Source: Halobacteriovoraceae bacterium
GTDB taxonomy: Bacteria; Bdellovibrionota; Bacteriovoracia; Bacteriovoracales; Bacteriovoracaceae
Assembly (NCBI GenBank): GCA_963719505.1
Contig: CAVRCF010000001.1
Span: 800,001 to 864,000 of the forward strand
Direction: 5' to 3'
Length of the DNA: 64,000 nt
Both the position numbers and the translations under genes were made by a program. The notes beneath the pieces are model-generated. The model saw nothing but the letters and a program-made list of their open reading frames with translations, was not told the origin of the DNA and ran no database searches. Below are positions 39,438-50,115 of this stretch, in pieces. Position 1 is the first letter of the stretch, and each line of letters begins with the position of its first letter.

Positions 39438-42400
39438 CCAATAAGAGACTGAAAATCATTCATTGTTAATTTACCATTAAAGAAATTGTCTTGGTCTGTT
39501 GCCATGAGGTCTTTAAAGAGATCCTTTTTGGCATTTTGTAAGACGAGAACCTTCTCTTCAACAGAATCCTTAATAATAGGGCGGTAGACGGTGAGTTTAT
39601 TCTCTTGCCCAATTCTATACGCTCTATCGATAGCTTGATTCTCAACAGCTGGGTTCCACCAAGGATCCATTAAAAAGATATAACTAGCGGCTGTGAGGTT
39701 TAAACCAACACCACCGGCCTTAAGGGAGATAAGAAAAACTTGGGCATCACCCTCTTGAAAACGTTCAACTTCTTGCCCACGTTTTTTAAGAGTCTGGGAT
39801 CCATCAATTCTTGCTTGCTTCCATCTTCTTTCTTGAATCTTATTTTGAATAATATCCAAGTAAGTGGTGAACTGTGAGAAAACGAGAACTTTATGTCCCT
39901 CATCAATTAGCTGCTCTAGATTTTCCATAAGAAAATCAATTTTTGTTGAGTGCATGAACTGCTGATTCTGCCAAAGACAGAGTTGTCGAAGCTTTAAGAG
40001 ACTTTTGAGAATTTCTGAATACTTTCTTCCGTTTTGAACGGTTGTCATATTCTTTCTCACATTTGCAAGGGTTGCAAGGTAGTGCTCTTTTTCTTCTTTT
40101 TTAAAGTTCAGATAAACATGGTTTTCAACTTTCTCAGGAAGCTCGGTAAGAACTTCTTGTTTTGTTCGTCGAAGAATAAAAGGTCTTACTGTTTGACGAG
40201 CGAGGAGACGACTTTTCTTTGAAGACTTTGTTTTGAAAAAGCTCATCTCTCCCCAAATGCCAGGGATACTTAAGTCCATAATATTGTAAAACTCAGAAAG
40301 ATCATTTTCTACAGGTGTACCTGTCAGGCATATTCTAAACTTGGCTTTTAAATTTCGGGCCGCACTAGCGCCTTGAGAGCGAATATTTTTAAGATGTTGA
40401 ACTTCATCCATGATAAGAACGTCAAATCCTACATCATTGAACGTGGTGAAGGATTCTTTTTTCATGACCCCATAACTCGTAAGAATAATTTTTGAATCAG
40501 TTGGATCGGTTCTATCTGTCCCATAGTAACAGTGAACATCTAGGTCTGAGAATTTCTCGATCTCTTTTTGCCAGTTAATAAGAATAGAGACCGGACAAAC
40601 GATGAGAACCTTATTTACGCGAGTCTCAACCGATTGGAGAAACATTATTGTTTGAAGAGTTTTCCCAAGTCCCATATCATCGGCAAGACAGGCTCCAAAG
40701 CGATTTTCAAAAAGGAAGGATAACCACTGAAAACCTGTGTTTTGATAATCACGAGCAATCGTCTTGTACCTCTCTGGAAGATCGTAGTGAGGCATATCCT
40801 TAAGGTTGAGAAGGTTGTGACAAAGCTGCTCTTCTTCTTCCGTCAAAGCTCCTTCAATACCGTGTTTCTTTAGTTCAAAAAGCTCAAAGATTCTGGTTCT
40901 TTTAAAGTTTAAGGAGAATCTTTTCGCCTTATTACCTTCCATCTCTTTTGCGCTTGCTTCATGGTCAGTATACTTTTTCATGAACTTTAAAAGGTCTTTT
41001 TCTTTCTTCTCAAGAATGACAAGCCCTTGATCGGTGAGGATGAAATTCTCTCCCATAGAGGCATTCTTTATAACTTGAAGGTCTTCATCATCGACAACGA
41101 GATTGAGCTCAAACCAATCCAAGTTAGACTTTCTTCTTTCAAAACGAATATTTGAACTCCACGTCTTTACTTCGGTGTCGTTGTAAAAAATAGGAATATT
41201 GAAATGGCTCATGCGGTTATGAAAAGATGAGACTCCGTTAAAGAGTTGATTTTTTGGAATCTGAAAATAAACCTTTTCATCATCAGCTCGGTTGAAAGAG
41301 AATCGGCTCGCATTTTCTCCAAAGCATTCAAAGACACCTTTAAAGATCGCCCAGAACTTATTTTTTGGAAGATAATAGATCACCCCAGGCTTTTTCGTCA
41401 TAAAAGGGATGTCGTCATTGTCCATGGCAAAATCAAACCAATCTTGAAATTTTTGTTTTTGAGAGTTGGCGTGCAGATATTTTTTATATTCTTGATTATT
41501 ATAATTAAGGGAATCAAGCAGATGCTTTACAAATTCATGGGAGTCATTTTTTGTTCTAAAGCCCCCTAAAAAACCACCATCACTAATCATGAGTTTAAAA
41601 ACGGGTGGTGGAGGTAAAAGTCTGTTTTCATTATCAAAGAGTTCAATATGGAGCTCTAGAAAACTTTTTCGCTCTCCAGTGAGAATAGAGAATCTAAAGT
41701 TTACATCTTTGGCTTCTAGTTCATTGAATTTAACTCCATCAATAGAGAACTCGATACCGTCCTCGTCTATGATGGCTGTACTCCATCTTAGGAACTCATT
41801 GATCGGTTGAAGAAACCCCTCTCGTGTCACTCTTTTAACAAATTCTTTTAAACTTGTAGGGAGATCAAAAGCTTCACCGGTTTCCCAGTTAAACAGGTAG
41901 AGGTACTCAAATAAAGAGACCTTCTTTAATTCTTCCCCTTGGTTATTTTCAATAGAGAAAACAGGAAGATATTTATTCTCAATTAAAGGATAGGTTTGAT
42001 ATTCTTCAAAATTTACCGCTTTAACAAGATTCACTTTTATTTTATTTTCAGATTTTTTCGTCAAGGGGAAGTTGACGATCTTTCTATTTGTTAACAGATA
42101 CTGAACCGACGCGTAGGTACTATTGGGTTTTGCCCCAATGAGCTTTGCCGGGTTTGGAACAATTCGCCCATAGCTTTCCACGTGGACGCCCTGACCGTGC
42201 ATCGTCAATTCTGGTCTTAGAGGAGCGTCGCTATTTTCTTTAAGTTCTTCTTTTAGGACTTGATTGAGATGAAATTTATAGAACAAAGCCGCTGTGTGAG
42301 GACAGTGGTTTTCATCTGAGTGAAGGTTACAAGTGCAGCTGGTGCTTAGCATGCCTTCTGGATAAGTTTCATTTTTCTTATAACTTGCTTTGGCTTCCCG

Positions 42401-42610
42401 AGTTTCACCATCGTTGACAATCCCTGAGATAATAAAAAATCTCTCAGGAGATCCTTTTTGAAAGGAGATGTTAATTCTGGCATTTTCCAAAACTTTCTTC
42501 GCGTGAATTATCAGTGTATTAGAGAAGAATTTTTTACCTTCTTCGAGAATTGCTTGAGAGACAACATTCATTGAATTCGGCCTTTTTACGCTTAGATTTA
42601 AAAGTCTCAT
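39434..42610 (-). CDS. SWIM zinc-finger SNF2-family helicase/ATPase
   Basis: CTC..CPH SWIM motif; LADDMGLGKT, DEVQ, LTGTPVEN and QAIDRAYRIGQ motifs. Confidence 0.93.
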   Translation of the reverse strand: MRLLNLSVKRPNSMNVVSQAILEEGKKFFSNTLIIHAKKVLENARINISFQKGSPERFFIISGIVNDGETREAKASYKKNETYPEGMLSTSCTCNLHSDENHCPHTAALFYKFHLNQVLKEELKENSDAPLRPELTMHGQGVHVESYGRIVPNPAKLIGAKPNSTYASVQYLLTNRKIVNFPLTKKSENKIKVNLVKAVNFEEYQTYPLIENKYLPVFSIENNQGEELKKVSLFEYLYLFNWETGEAFDLPTSLKEFVKRVTREGFLQPINEFLRWSTAIIDEDGIEFSIDGVKFNELEAKDVNFRFSILTGERKSFLELHIELFDNENRLLPPPPVFKLMISDGGFLGGFRTKNDSHEFVKHLLDSLNYNNQEYKKYLHANSQKQKFQDWFDFAMDNDDIPFMTKKPGVIYYLPKNKFWAIFKGVFECFGENASRFSFNRADDEKVYFQIPKNQLFNGVSSFHNRMSHFNIPIFYNDTEVKTWSSNIRFERRKSNLDWFELNLVVDDEDLQVIKNASMGENFILTDQGLVILEKKEKDLLKFMKKYTDHEASAKEMEGNKAKRFSLNFKRTRIFELFELKKHGIEGALTEEEEQLCHNLLNLKDMPHYDLPERYKTIARDYQNTGFQWLSFLFENRFGACLADDMGLGKTLQTIMFLQSVETRVNKVLIVCPVSILINWQKEIEKFSDLDVHCYYGTDRTDPTDSKIILTSYGVMKKESFTTFNDVGFDVLIMDEVQHLKNIRSQGASAARNLKAKFRICLTGTPVENDLSEFYNIMDLSIPGIWGEMSFFKTKSSKKSRLLARQTVRPFILRRTKQEVLTELPEKVENHVYLNFKKEEKEHYLATLANVRKNMTTVQNGRKYSEILKSLLKLRQLCLWQNQQFMHSTKIDFLMENLEQLIDEGHKVLVFSQFTTYLDIIQNKIQERRWKQARIDGSQTLKKRGQEVERFQEGDAQVFLISLKAGGVGLNLTAASYIFLMDPWWNPAVENQAIDRAYRIGQENKLTVYRPIIKDSVEEKVLVLQNAKKDLFKDLMATDQDNFFNGKLTMNDFQSLIG

Positions 42611-42638
42611 TGTACATGAAGACTCGCCTCTAGGCGAT

Positions 42639-42664
42639 AAAAAAGCCCTTAAATTAAGGGGTTT
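42639..42664 (-). terminator. Terminator-like hairpin ~30 nt upstream of the SNF2 start
   Basis: Minus strand AAACCCCTTAA-T-TTAAGGGCTTTTTT. Confidence 0.55.
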
Positions 42665-42915
42665 GTATCAATCACATTTTGTCAATAGAAGCTCGCGTTC
42701 TCTATCATTTTTTAAAGAGATCTTGAGCGACTTTCTGTGGTATGCGGACTTTACTTCACGAATTAGCGAGAGAAGTTTATTTCATTATATCGCTAAGCTT
42801 TTGTTATCAGGCTCGTCCCATCCACCTTTTAGGTAAAAGACTCAGTAAATCTTTCATCATCCTTTAAAACAATCTGGATAAGCGATAGAAACCAGTTAAT
42901 TTAACCCCTAGGAGA

Positions 42916-43722
42916 ATGACAATGAAATTTCTAATGATAGTTTCTTTATCAGTTCTTTCTTTTTCAAGTATGGCCTCTTCCGATTTTGGAGACCTTGAAA
43001 ATGCAAAAGAGTTTGGTGTTCCCACCAGTGCAGAGAATTTAATTAATATTGAAAACACGCAAGAGAATCTTTATCCACTTGGTAAAGGTGACTTTAATTA
43101 TATCCCTCGCGCCTATGATCCCATAAACAAAACGAAGTACCAAAAAGTAATGGTCGGTAAAACTTTTAAAGCCAGCTATTTTTCTTCTTATACCCATTGG
43201 AGATATGTAACGGTTTACAACGTAAAGACAGAGGCAGAAAGGATAGCTTATCTTCCTTACTTTGAAGAAGAGTGTTTTGACAATTCTGTTTTCATGGCCC
43301 AGTGGGGTGAGTCTCGCTCGATTAGTGTCACTTTAAAGTCAGAGATCGGTGCAAGTGTTGGAGTTGGAGATATAGGACTGTCAGCTTCAGTTGGTATGAG
43401 TATTCAACAAGGCATGAGCTTTTCTACGCAGCGAAGAGTGCGGGCCGTCGAAGGAATCCGCGCACGTCACTATCCTATGAAGTTAAGTGATAATTACGTT
43501 GGTGTTACTTATATTCAAACTTATAATGAAAATAAGGAAACTTATGGTTACCTAACAAAGTCACTCTATGAAGATATGTTTGGTGGCTATCCTTATGCAT
43601 TTGAACTGGATAATCAAAACGTAGGATTCAAGGTGAAAAGAGAAATACTTGAATACTGCCAAGAGTATGACTCGACAGAAGATCCGGTTAGGGACTCGGT
43701 TTTGTATCACATTAAAAACTAA
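42916..43722 (+). CDS. Hypothetical secreted beta-rich protein (possibly aerolysin/ETX-like)
   Basis: AGGAG SD; signal peptide; Ser/Thr/Gly-rich alternating hairpin. Confidence 0.65.
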   Translation: MTMKFLMIVSLSVLSFSSMASSDFGDLENAKEFGVPTSAENLINIENTQENLYPLGKGDFNYIPRAYDPINKTKYQKVMVGKTFKASYFSSYTHWRYVTVYNVKTEAERIAYLPYFEEECFDNSVFMAQWGESRSISVTLKSEIGASVGVGDIGLSASVGMSIQQGMSFSTQRRVRAVEGIRARHYPMKLSDNYVGVTYIQTYNENKETYGYLTKSLYEDMFGGYPYAFELDNQNVGFKVKREILEYCQEYDSTEDPVRDSVLYHIKN

Positions 43723-43754
43723 GACCTCAATAATCTTTAAATATCATTATATAG

Positions 43755-43790
43755 AAAAAAAAAGCCCCTCAAATTGAGGGGCTTTTCTTT
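43755..43790. terminator. Bidirectional intrinsic terminator
   Basis: A run-GCCCCTCA-AAT-TGAGGGGC-T run, between convergent genes. Confidence 0.85.
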
Positions 43791-43809
43791 AGAGTATTTG
43801 TAAAAAAAA

Positions 43810-45549
43810 TTAGTTGTCGATGTATGACTTTAAAAGCTTCGCACGACTAGGGTGACGAAGTTTTCTGAGAGCTTTCGCCTCAATCTGTCTAATACGCTCA
43901 CGAGTAACGAAGAAATCTTGTCCAACCTCTTCAAGAGTGTGGTCTGATTTTTCACCGATACCAAAACGCATTCTTAAAACTTTTTCTTCTCTTGGAGTAA
44001 GAGTTGAAAGAACAGATCTCGTTTGCTCAGAAAGAGTCACACTCATCACAGCATCTGCTGGAGAGATGATTTTCTTATCTTCAATAAAGTCACCTAATGA
44101 ACTATCTTCTTCCTCTCCAATTGGAGTTTCAAGAGAGATAGGCTCTTTAGATATTTTGAAAACTTTCTTAACTTTCTCAACACTCATCTCCATTTTCTCA
44201 GCAATTTCTTCTGGAGTAGGTTCACGACCTAGTTCTTGGATGAGTTGTCTCGATGTTCTGGCAAGCTTATTGATTGTCTCAATCATGTGAACCGGAATAC
44301 GGATCGTTCGACCTTGATCGGCAATAGCACGAGTGATAGCTTGTCTAATCCACCAAGTCGCATATGTTGAGAATTTATAACCACGTCTGTACTCAAATTT
44401 ATCAACCGCTTTCATAAGACCGATATTTCCTTCTTGGATAAGATCCAAGAATTGAAGTCCACGGTTTGTATATTTTTTAGAGATCGAAACAACGAGTCTG
44501 AGGTTGGCTTCAACGAGCTGACTTTTTGCAAAATCGGCTTTCTCTTCACCTGTTGTAATAATATTGAAAACATTTTCGATGTCTTCATATGCCATACCAG
44601 CATCAATTGACAGTCGTCTAAGTTTTCTAATGATGTCTTCTTGGTTACGAATCATCTGCTCGATTTTTGCATCACTTGTATAAAGGTGACGAGCAAGTTT
44701 TCTCTTGTAAACATCGTCTTCCATTACTTTGTCATACAACTCTCTATAAGCTCCATCAGTATCAACTTCTAGGAATTTATAGATTCTATCTTGTTGCTCG
44801 TAGAGGCTTCTGAATTGAAGGTAGTAAGCCTTTACGGGTTCAGTAAAGCTGTTGATGATCTTTCTGTTGAAGGTTAAATCAACAAGCTCGTCTTCAACGA
44901 TACCCATTGTTTTACTTTCTTCTTTTGTCAGCTTTCTAAGAGTACCGTCTTCGTTAACGATCTCAGAGATAAGTGTATCAACATGCTCACAAACTTCATA
45001 AATTCTTTTTCTGAATTTTTCAATATCTTTGTCAGAAGACTCGTCATCAAGTCCACGCACAAGATCTTTAACGTATTCACTTTGAGCTTCTGCAGCGTCA
45101 ATTTTTTCTTTAAGTTTTGAGATCTCTTCCAGAGCATGCTTTGAATTAAGACAAGACAGAACGATTTCTTTTTCGCCTTCCTCAATTTCTTTTGCAATTA
45201 CAACTTCGCCTTCTCTGGTAAGAAGAGCGACTGATCCCATTTTCTTTAGGTAGAGTTTTACAGGGTCGGTTGATGAAGACTTAAGCTCTTTTGCTTCTTG
45301 AGCAGAGAGAGCTTCATCGATGAGTTCGATTTCTGTTTGCTCGTTTTCTTCTTCTTCAAGATCAACTTTGTTGATCGTGATATTCATTTCTTCTAACTTC
45401 ATCAGAATCAAGTCAACGTCGATATACTCTACAATACTTGCAGGGATACCATCGTTGATTTCTTCTGGTGTTAGAAAACCTTGGTCCTTACCTTTGACGA
45501 TAAGTTTTGAAAATTCTTTTGCACTAATAAATGCTGATGCGATTGACAT
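43810..45549 (-). CDS. rpoD: Primary sigma factor sigma70
   Basis: [50 protein letters not shown] and [10 protein letters not shown] motifs. Confidence 0.97.
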   Translation of the reverse strand: MSIASAFISAKEFSKLIVKGKDQGFLTPEEINDGIPASIVEYIDVDLILMKLEEMNITINKVDLEEEENEQTEIELIDEALSAQEAKELKSSSTDPVKLYLKKMGSVALLTREGEVVIAKEIEEGEKEIVLSCLNSKHALEEISKLKEKIDAAEAQSEYVKDLVRGLDDESSDKDIEKFRKRIYEVCEHVDTLISEIVNEDGTLRKLTKEESKTMGIVEDELVDLTFNRKIINSFTEPVKAYYLQFRSLYEQQDRIYKFLEVDTDGAYRELYDKVMEDDVYKRKLARHLYTSDAKIEQMIRNQEDIIRKLRRLSIDAGMAYEDIENVFNIITTGEEKADFAKSQLVEANLRLVVSISKKYTNRGLQFLDLIQEGNIGLMKAVDKFEYRRGYKFSTYATWWIRQAITRAIADQGRTIRIPVHMIETINKLARTSRQLIQELGREPTPEEIAEKMEMSVEKVKKVFKISKEPISLETPIGEEEDSSLGDFIEDKKIISPADAVMSVTLSEQTRSVLSTLTPREEKVLRMRFGIGEKSDHTLEEVGQDFFVTRERIRQIEAKALRKLRHPSRAKLLKSYIDN

Positions 45550-45580
45550 TAAATTGCTCCACCTTTTTCACTTCGTTTTC

Positions 45581-47539
45581 TTACTTCTTTAAATTTGAAA
45601 GTTCTTCGTTCACTTTTTGGATATCACCTAAAACTATTAGTCCGTCTTCTTCAGTTATAACCTGAGATTGTTTTTGCAAAAGTTTAGTTTTTTTATCTAA
45701 GAGCGCTTCCCTTTTTAATTTAAATGTTAAGTCAGTCATCGTCTTATCGATGATTTTTTTGTTAAACTTCAGCGAGTTGTAATTAAAAAGTGCTGAAGCA
45801 ATTGTATTTTTACATTCACTATTAAGATTCTCTTCAAGTTTAACCTTAATAAAATTTGTGTAGTCGGCGTCGTCTATTTCTAAATAAATATTTTTCAGCC
45901 AATGAATTAACTGTTTTACATCATTATGGTCTATTAAATCAAGTATTTCAGCAATTTGTTTGCTTTCTAGACACTCTGGGTTAGACACCAAAGTCGACAG
46001 TATTTGCAGCTCCACTTTATTGGGGGGAGGGCTTTTCATTTGGGTCTGGGGCAGCTCATCTGATGCTAGGAATTCCCCAGCAAAATTCTCATCCACTTCC
46101 ATGGGAGGACCATCGTAATCTTGAATGGGAGGGCCATCTGCAAAAGGATCGTTGTTTGAGTTATTCTGAGCACTTACAATCTTTTTAGGTTTCTCTGTAA
46201 CTCTCTTTTTATACTTATTCTTGGTCGCTTCTTTCTCTGCAAGAAATTTTTTATACGCGTCAACAATATCGTCATTGGACGATTGAAGTCCGAGAGACTT
46301 TGACGCAAGGATAACCTTCTCTTTTGCCACGAGCCCGTCTTTTAAAGGGGAGACGATCTCAAAGACGTTGCGAAGCGCGGCAAGTTTTTTATCGGTGGTC
46401 CCTGGTATCGGTTTTGGGATAGCCGCTTCGATTTGAATCTCTAAAAATGCAGGAGCTTTATCCATTCTAGCGATGAGCTCCAGGCGGCCAAATTCATTCA
46501 AGAACTCATCTGGATCTTTTGAAGGAGAAAAGTCGATGTACTTTGCAAGGATACCTTGGGTGAGAAGCATCTCATTAATTCTCTCCATCCCTTTCATACC
46601 CGCGGCATCTGAGTCCATCCCCAAGTAGAAATTTTTTGTCAGGTTCGCCAATAGGCGAGAGGAGTTTTCAGAAAAGGCAACACCCATGGTTCCAACAGAG
46701 TTGGTAAATCCGTATTGATGGAGGATGACAACATCCATATTTCCTTCGCATACAATGACAGCGTCTTTGGAGCGAATATTATTCTTGGCCAAATTGAAGC
46801 CGTAGAGAATGTTTCCCTTATCAAAAATAAAAGACTCTCGTGAATTCATGTATTTTGGTTTTTGATCAGGAAGAACGGCCCGAGCTTGAAAGCCACGAAC
46901 CTGACCTGCGTGATCTTGAACGGGAAAGACAATTCTATCTCTGAAAAAGTCATAGGTCCCATTGCCGTGTTTTGAGTCACCAATGATGCCGATCTCTTTG
47001 GCAAGCTTCATCGCAAATTCTTTATCTTTGGCATTTGGAATAGAAGCCAGATAACTTGAAAGAGCATTATTTCCCGGGGCAAAGCCTAGTCCAAAGTTTT
47101 TAACAGACTCTTCATTGAGACCACGCTCTTTTAAAAAGTTAATAAAATTTGGTGGTTTTACTTCGCCCGCTACTTTTTTGTAGAGCTTAAAGGCTCCGTT
47201 TAGAACACGAAAACCCATTTCAAATTTCGGATTTTTTTCTTTCTTTTGAAACTCATCAATAGGAATTGAAAGTTGAGCCGCAATATCTTTAACCGCTTCA
47301 ATGAAGTCTAGGTTTCTTAAGTCTTGCACAAATTTGATACCATCACCGGCAGCACCACAGGCAAAACACTTATAAACCCCTTTGGAGTCTGAGATACTCA
47401 TGGATGGTTTGGTGTCGTTATGAAAAGGACAGACACCTTTATAGTCCGCCCCTTTTTTTGAGATGGGGTGATAGAAGTTAATGATACTCGATATAGGAGT
47501 ATCCTTAATAATGTTTTTAGCTTCTTCTATACTTGCCAC
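45581..47539 (-). CDS. dnaG: DNA primase
   Basis: CPFH...CFAC zinc domain; FRDRIVFP, KYMNS, EGNMDV and DSDAAG (TOPRIM) motifs; GTG start. Confidence 0.96.
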   Translation of the reverse strand: MASIEEAKNIIKDTPISSIINFYHPISKKGADYKGVCPFHNDTKPSMSISDSKGVYKCFACGAAGDGIKFVQDLRNLDFIEAVKDIAAQLSIPIDEFQKKEKNPKFEMGFRVLNGAFKLYKKVAGEVKPPNFINFLKERGLNEESVKNFGLGFAPGNNALSSYLASIPNAKDKEFAMKLAKEIGIIGDSKHGNGTYDFFRDRIVFPVQDHAGQVRGFQARAVLPDQKPKYMNSRESFIFDKGNILYGFNLAKNNIRSKDAVIVCEGNMDVVILHQYGFTNSVGTMGVAFSENSSRLLANLTKNFYLGMDSDAAGMKGMERINEMLLTQGILAKYIDFSPSKDPDEFLNEFGRLELIARMDKAPAFLEIQIEAAIPKPIPGTTDKKLAALRNVFEIVSPLKDGLVAKEKVILASKSLGLQSSNDDIVDAYKKFLAEKEATKNKYKKRVTEKPKKIVSAQNNSNNDPFADGPPIQDYDGPPMEVDENFAGEFLASDELPQTQMKSPPPNKVELQILSTLVSNPECLESKQIAEILDLIDHNDVKQLIHWLKNIYLEIDDADYTNFIKVKLEENLNSECKNTIASALFNYNSLKFNKKIIDKTMTDLTFKLKREALLDKKTKLLQKQSQVITEEDGLIVLGDIQKVNEELSNLKK

Positions 47540-47546
47540 ATTGCCT

Positions 47547-48302
47547 TTACTTTTTTGATTTTAATACCATCGCTTTAATTTTTATTCCCTTGTCGAGAAA
47601 AATGCGTTCAAACTTTGTGATAAATGATGAGAGAAAGTGTTCCGGGTGTTCACCTCGAAGATCATATGTCTTGAGAATGATATCAAATCTGCGCTCATCT
47701 TTCATGACATCACACATCCATTCAAAATAGACGTCGTGATCTGTCTTGATGAGAAATTCTCCACCTGGTTCTAAGACCTTGTAGGCTTCATCTAAGAAGC
47801 GCTTTTGAAAGAGACGCTTTTTATTGTGGCGCGCCTTAGGCCATGGATCTGGAAAAAAGTAAAAAATCTTTGCCAGTTCACTCTCTCCAAAAATATGACC
47901 GAGTCTCTCGCCTCGACCTCGAAGATATTTAAAGTTTTTAAACTTGAGCTTATTGAGATGCTTGGCCAGGGTAAAGCTTCTTTTAAAGCGGTGATCGAGA
48001 CCGATAAAATTAACATCTGGATTTTTTTGAGTGTAGTCGATCATAAATTGACCGTAACCTGTACCAATTTCTGTGTGCAAAGGGGCAACCCGTCCAAAGG
48101 CTTTCTCATTCCAACTGCCTGCATTGGCTTCAGCTTCATCATCCCGAAGAACGAATTCATCAAAAACCGCTAATTTTTCGTGATAGGGATTGTCGTGAGA
48201 GTATTCGAAATTGTCTCCAAACGCTCTATCTCCAGCGTTGGTTTTTGGCTTCTTCTCTTTGATGACGTCATCAACACTTTGATCTTTCTCTTGTTCGCTC
48301 AT
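47547..48302 (-). CDS. trmB: tRNA (guanine-N7)-methyltransferase
   Basis: EIGTGYG, FPDPWPKARHNKKR, KTDH and TKFE motifs. Confidence 0.92.
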   Translation of the reverse strand: MSEQEKDQSVDDVIKEKKPKTNAGDRAFGDNFEYSHDNPYHEKLAVFDEFVLRDDEAEANAGSWNEKAFGRVAPLHTEIGTGYGQFMIDYTQKNPDVNFIGLDHRFKRSFTLAKHLNKLKFKNFKYLRGRGERLGHIFGESELAKIFYFFPDPWPKARHNKKRLFQKRFLDEAYKVLEPGGEFLIKTDHDVYFEWMCDVMKDERRFDIILKTYDLRGEHPEHFLSSFITKFERIFLDKGIKIKAMVLKSKK

Positions 48303-48352
48303 GGTATGGCTTATAGCGCATTCTCCGTCAGTTGAAAATAAGATTTAAAAAT

Positions 48353-48380
48353 AAAAAGGGGAGATGTGAATCTCCCCCCC
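48353..48380 (-). terminator. Flagellin terminator
   Basis: GGGGAGAT/ATCTCCCC stem with a T run on the minus strand. Confidence 0.7.
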
Positions 48381-48415
48381 GTTAAAAAATTGTTTTAGAA
48401 TTTTTACTTTTCGGC

Positions 48416-49249
48416 TTAGCCAATCAGTCTTAAAGCGCCTGCGCCTTGAGAGTTTGCTTGTGCCAGAACCGAGGTCCCTGCTTGTTTAAGAATGTTGTTC
48501 GATGCGTTTTCAGCAGTTGCCTGCGCGAAGTCTACATCTCTAATTCTTGAATTTGCAGCTGACATACTTTCAATACTCGTATCTAAGTTTGCCGAAGTCG
48601 ATTGTAGTCTGTTCTGAAGGGCACCCAGTTCAGCTCTTTGACCTGAAACCGCATTGATGGCTCCATCTAAAGTCTCAAGCGATGATTGAGCATCTTCTTT
48701 ACTCGCTACACTTACTCCATCTATTCCCAGACTCGATAATCCCGCGTTAATCTTACCCGCGTCATATTGAATTCTGTCTTGAAAATCGTCATTGTTTGCG
48801 CCAATTTGAAAGTCAAGTTGTCCACCAGTTCCGTTAAGAAGGCTAGTTCCGTTGAATTCAGTTGTTTCTGAAATTCTTCCGAGTTCCTGCTTAAGTTGTT
48901 GGTATTCCATATCAGTGAAACCTCTTTCAGTGTCCCCAACTGTATCCGATGCCGATTGAACTGCAAGCTCTCTTAACCTAATTAAGATGTTACCTGTCTC
49001 GTTTAATCCACCCTCAGCTACTTGAATCATTGAAATACCATCATTCGCATTTCGATTCGCTTGTTGCTTCGACCTAATATTTGCTTTCAACTTCTCACTA
49101 ATCGCTAAACCTGCGGCATCATCCGCTGATTTATTAATTCTTGATCCGCTTGCAAGCTGAGCACTAATGTTTTCTGACTTGGCCGTCACTTTCTTTAAAG
49201 AATTTTGTGCTGCCATTGACGTCGTGTTTGTGTTAATTCTGAAACCCAT
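48416..49249 (-). CDS. fliC: Flagellin (short, D0/D1 only)
   Basis: RINTN, SGSRINKSADDAAGLAIS, RAELGALQNRL and SRIRDVDFA motifs. Confidence 0.96.
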   Translation of the reverse strand: MGFRINTNTTSMAAQNSLKKVTAKSENISAQLASGSRINKSADDAAGLAISEKLKANIRSKQQANRNANDGISMIQVAEGGLNETGNILIRLRELAVQSASDTVGDTERGFTDMEYQQLKQELGRISETTEFNGTSLLNGTGGQLDFQIGANNDDFQDRIQYDAGKINAGLSSLGIDGVSVASKEDAQSSLETLDGAINAVSGQRAELGALQNRLQSTSANLDTSIESMSAANSRIRDVDFAQATAENASNNILKQAGTSVLAQANSQGAGALRLIG

Positions 49250-49382
49250 GTTAATCTCCTAAATTCATAACATCTCCTTCTGTTGCGTAAGTATTGGTCC
49301 CCACCGAATACTTAAGGGGCTACCGTGCCCGTTTGTTAATAATAGTTTTAAACTTCATACCCATAAGAAGTTCTTATAAAGC

Positions 49383-49410
49383 ATTTCGGTTTGTTTTTTT
49401 GGTAAGGTGA
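49383..49410 (-). promoter_or_regulatory. Putative sigma28 promoter of flagellin
   Basis: Minus strand TCAC-N16-ACCGAAAT, ~135 nt upstream of the ATG. Confidence 0.5.
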
Positions 49411-49566
49411 GTACTTTTTCACTTTTGTCAGGAAAAAGTTGCCGAACTGAATAATTTCGATAAGTTATTGATATTACTTGATTTTTTGAGTCAGGTACTG
49501 TTGAGACAAAAAAATACCCTTAAGAAGGAGCGAATCACTTATTAAGGGTTATTTTTTGGTTATTAT

Positions 49567-49749
49567 TTAATTATTTATTAATTTTTCTAAGATAAGTGCC
49601 GCTTTTTTTTGAGTGGCCACATCTTTTATTAAATCTTCCGTGATCTTATTTTTAAGATCTTGAATTCTTTTTTTCTGCTCCTGAACATCTTTTGCTTCCT
49701 GCGTAGAGGTCTCTGGAACATAATGCTTATATTTTCGTGCAGAACTCAT
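49567..49749 (-). CDS. Small hypothetical protein (60 aa)
   Basis: Start overlaps the upstream stop; followed by a hairpin with a T run. Confidence 0.6.
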   Translation of the reverse strand: MSSARKYKHYVPETSTQEAKDVQEQKKRIQDLKNKITEDLIKDVATQKKAALILEKLINN

Positions 49750-49967
49750 TAAGAGGCTTGAGCTCCAGCATAACGAGGCTGAGTTGCAACTTTTTTCATG
49801 TGCTCTTCAATAACATCAAATAGCTCTAGTTTCGTAGACTTTGGATCCATACCTTCTGGCATTGCTGAATAAACAACTTCTTCGTTGATCTCAGTGAAGA
49901 TGTACCAAGTTTGACCTAGTTTTTGGAAAAGTACTTCTTTAGTGATTTCGTTTGATGTTTGTTTCAT
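49749..49967 (-). CDS. Small hypothetical protein (72 aa)
   Basis: AGGAGG SD; sigma28 promoter upstream. Confidence 0.75.
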   Translation of the reverse strand: MKQTSNEITKEVLFQKLGQTWYIFTEINEEVVYSAMPEGMDPKSTKLELFDVIEEHMKKVATQPRYAGAQAS

Positions 49968-50038
49968 ATAACCCTCCTGGTAGAAACTGCTTTTAAAAAG
50001 CTTGGCTGATAACTTCCTGTCATCATGTTGTACCTAAC

Positions 50039-50065
50039 TTATCGAACGAAATAAGAGGGAGCTTA
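50039..50065 (-). promoter_or_regulatory. Sigma28 promoter
   Basis: TAAG-N15-TTCGATAA. Confidence 0.65.
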
Positions 50066-50115
50066 ACTTAAATTATAGGAGAGGAAAATATTGCCTTAAA
50101 TGGTCAAAAGGAGCT

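Noticed and set aside
39434-42610. SNF2 ATPase as a defence-system component (e.g. DISARM/Zorya)
   Set aside because: Stand-alone SWIM-SNF2 with no methylase, nuclease or partner genes nearby
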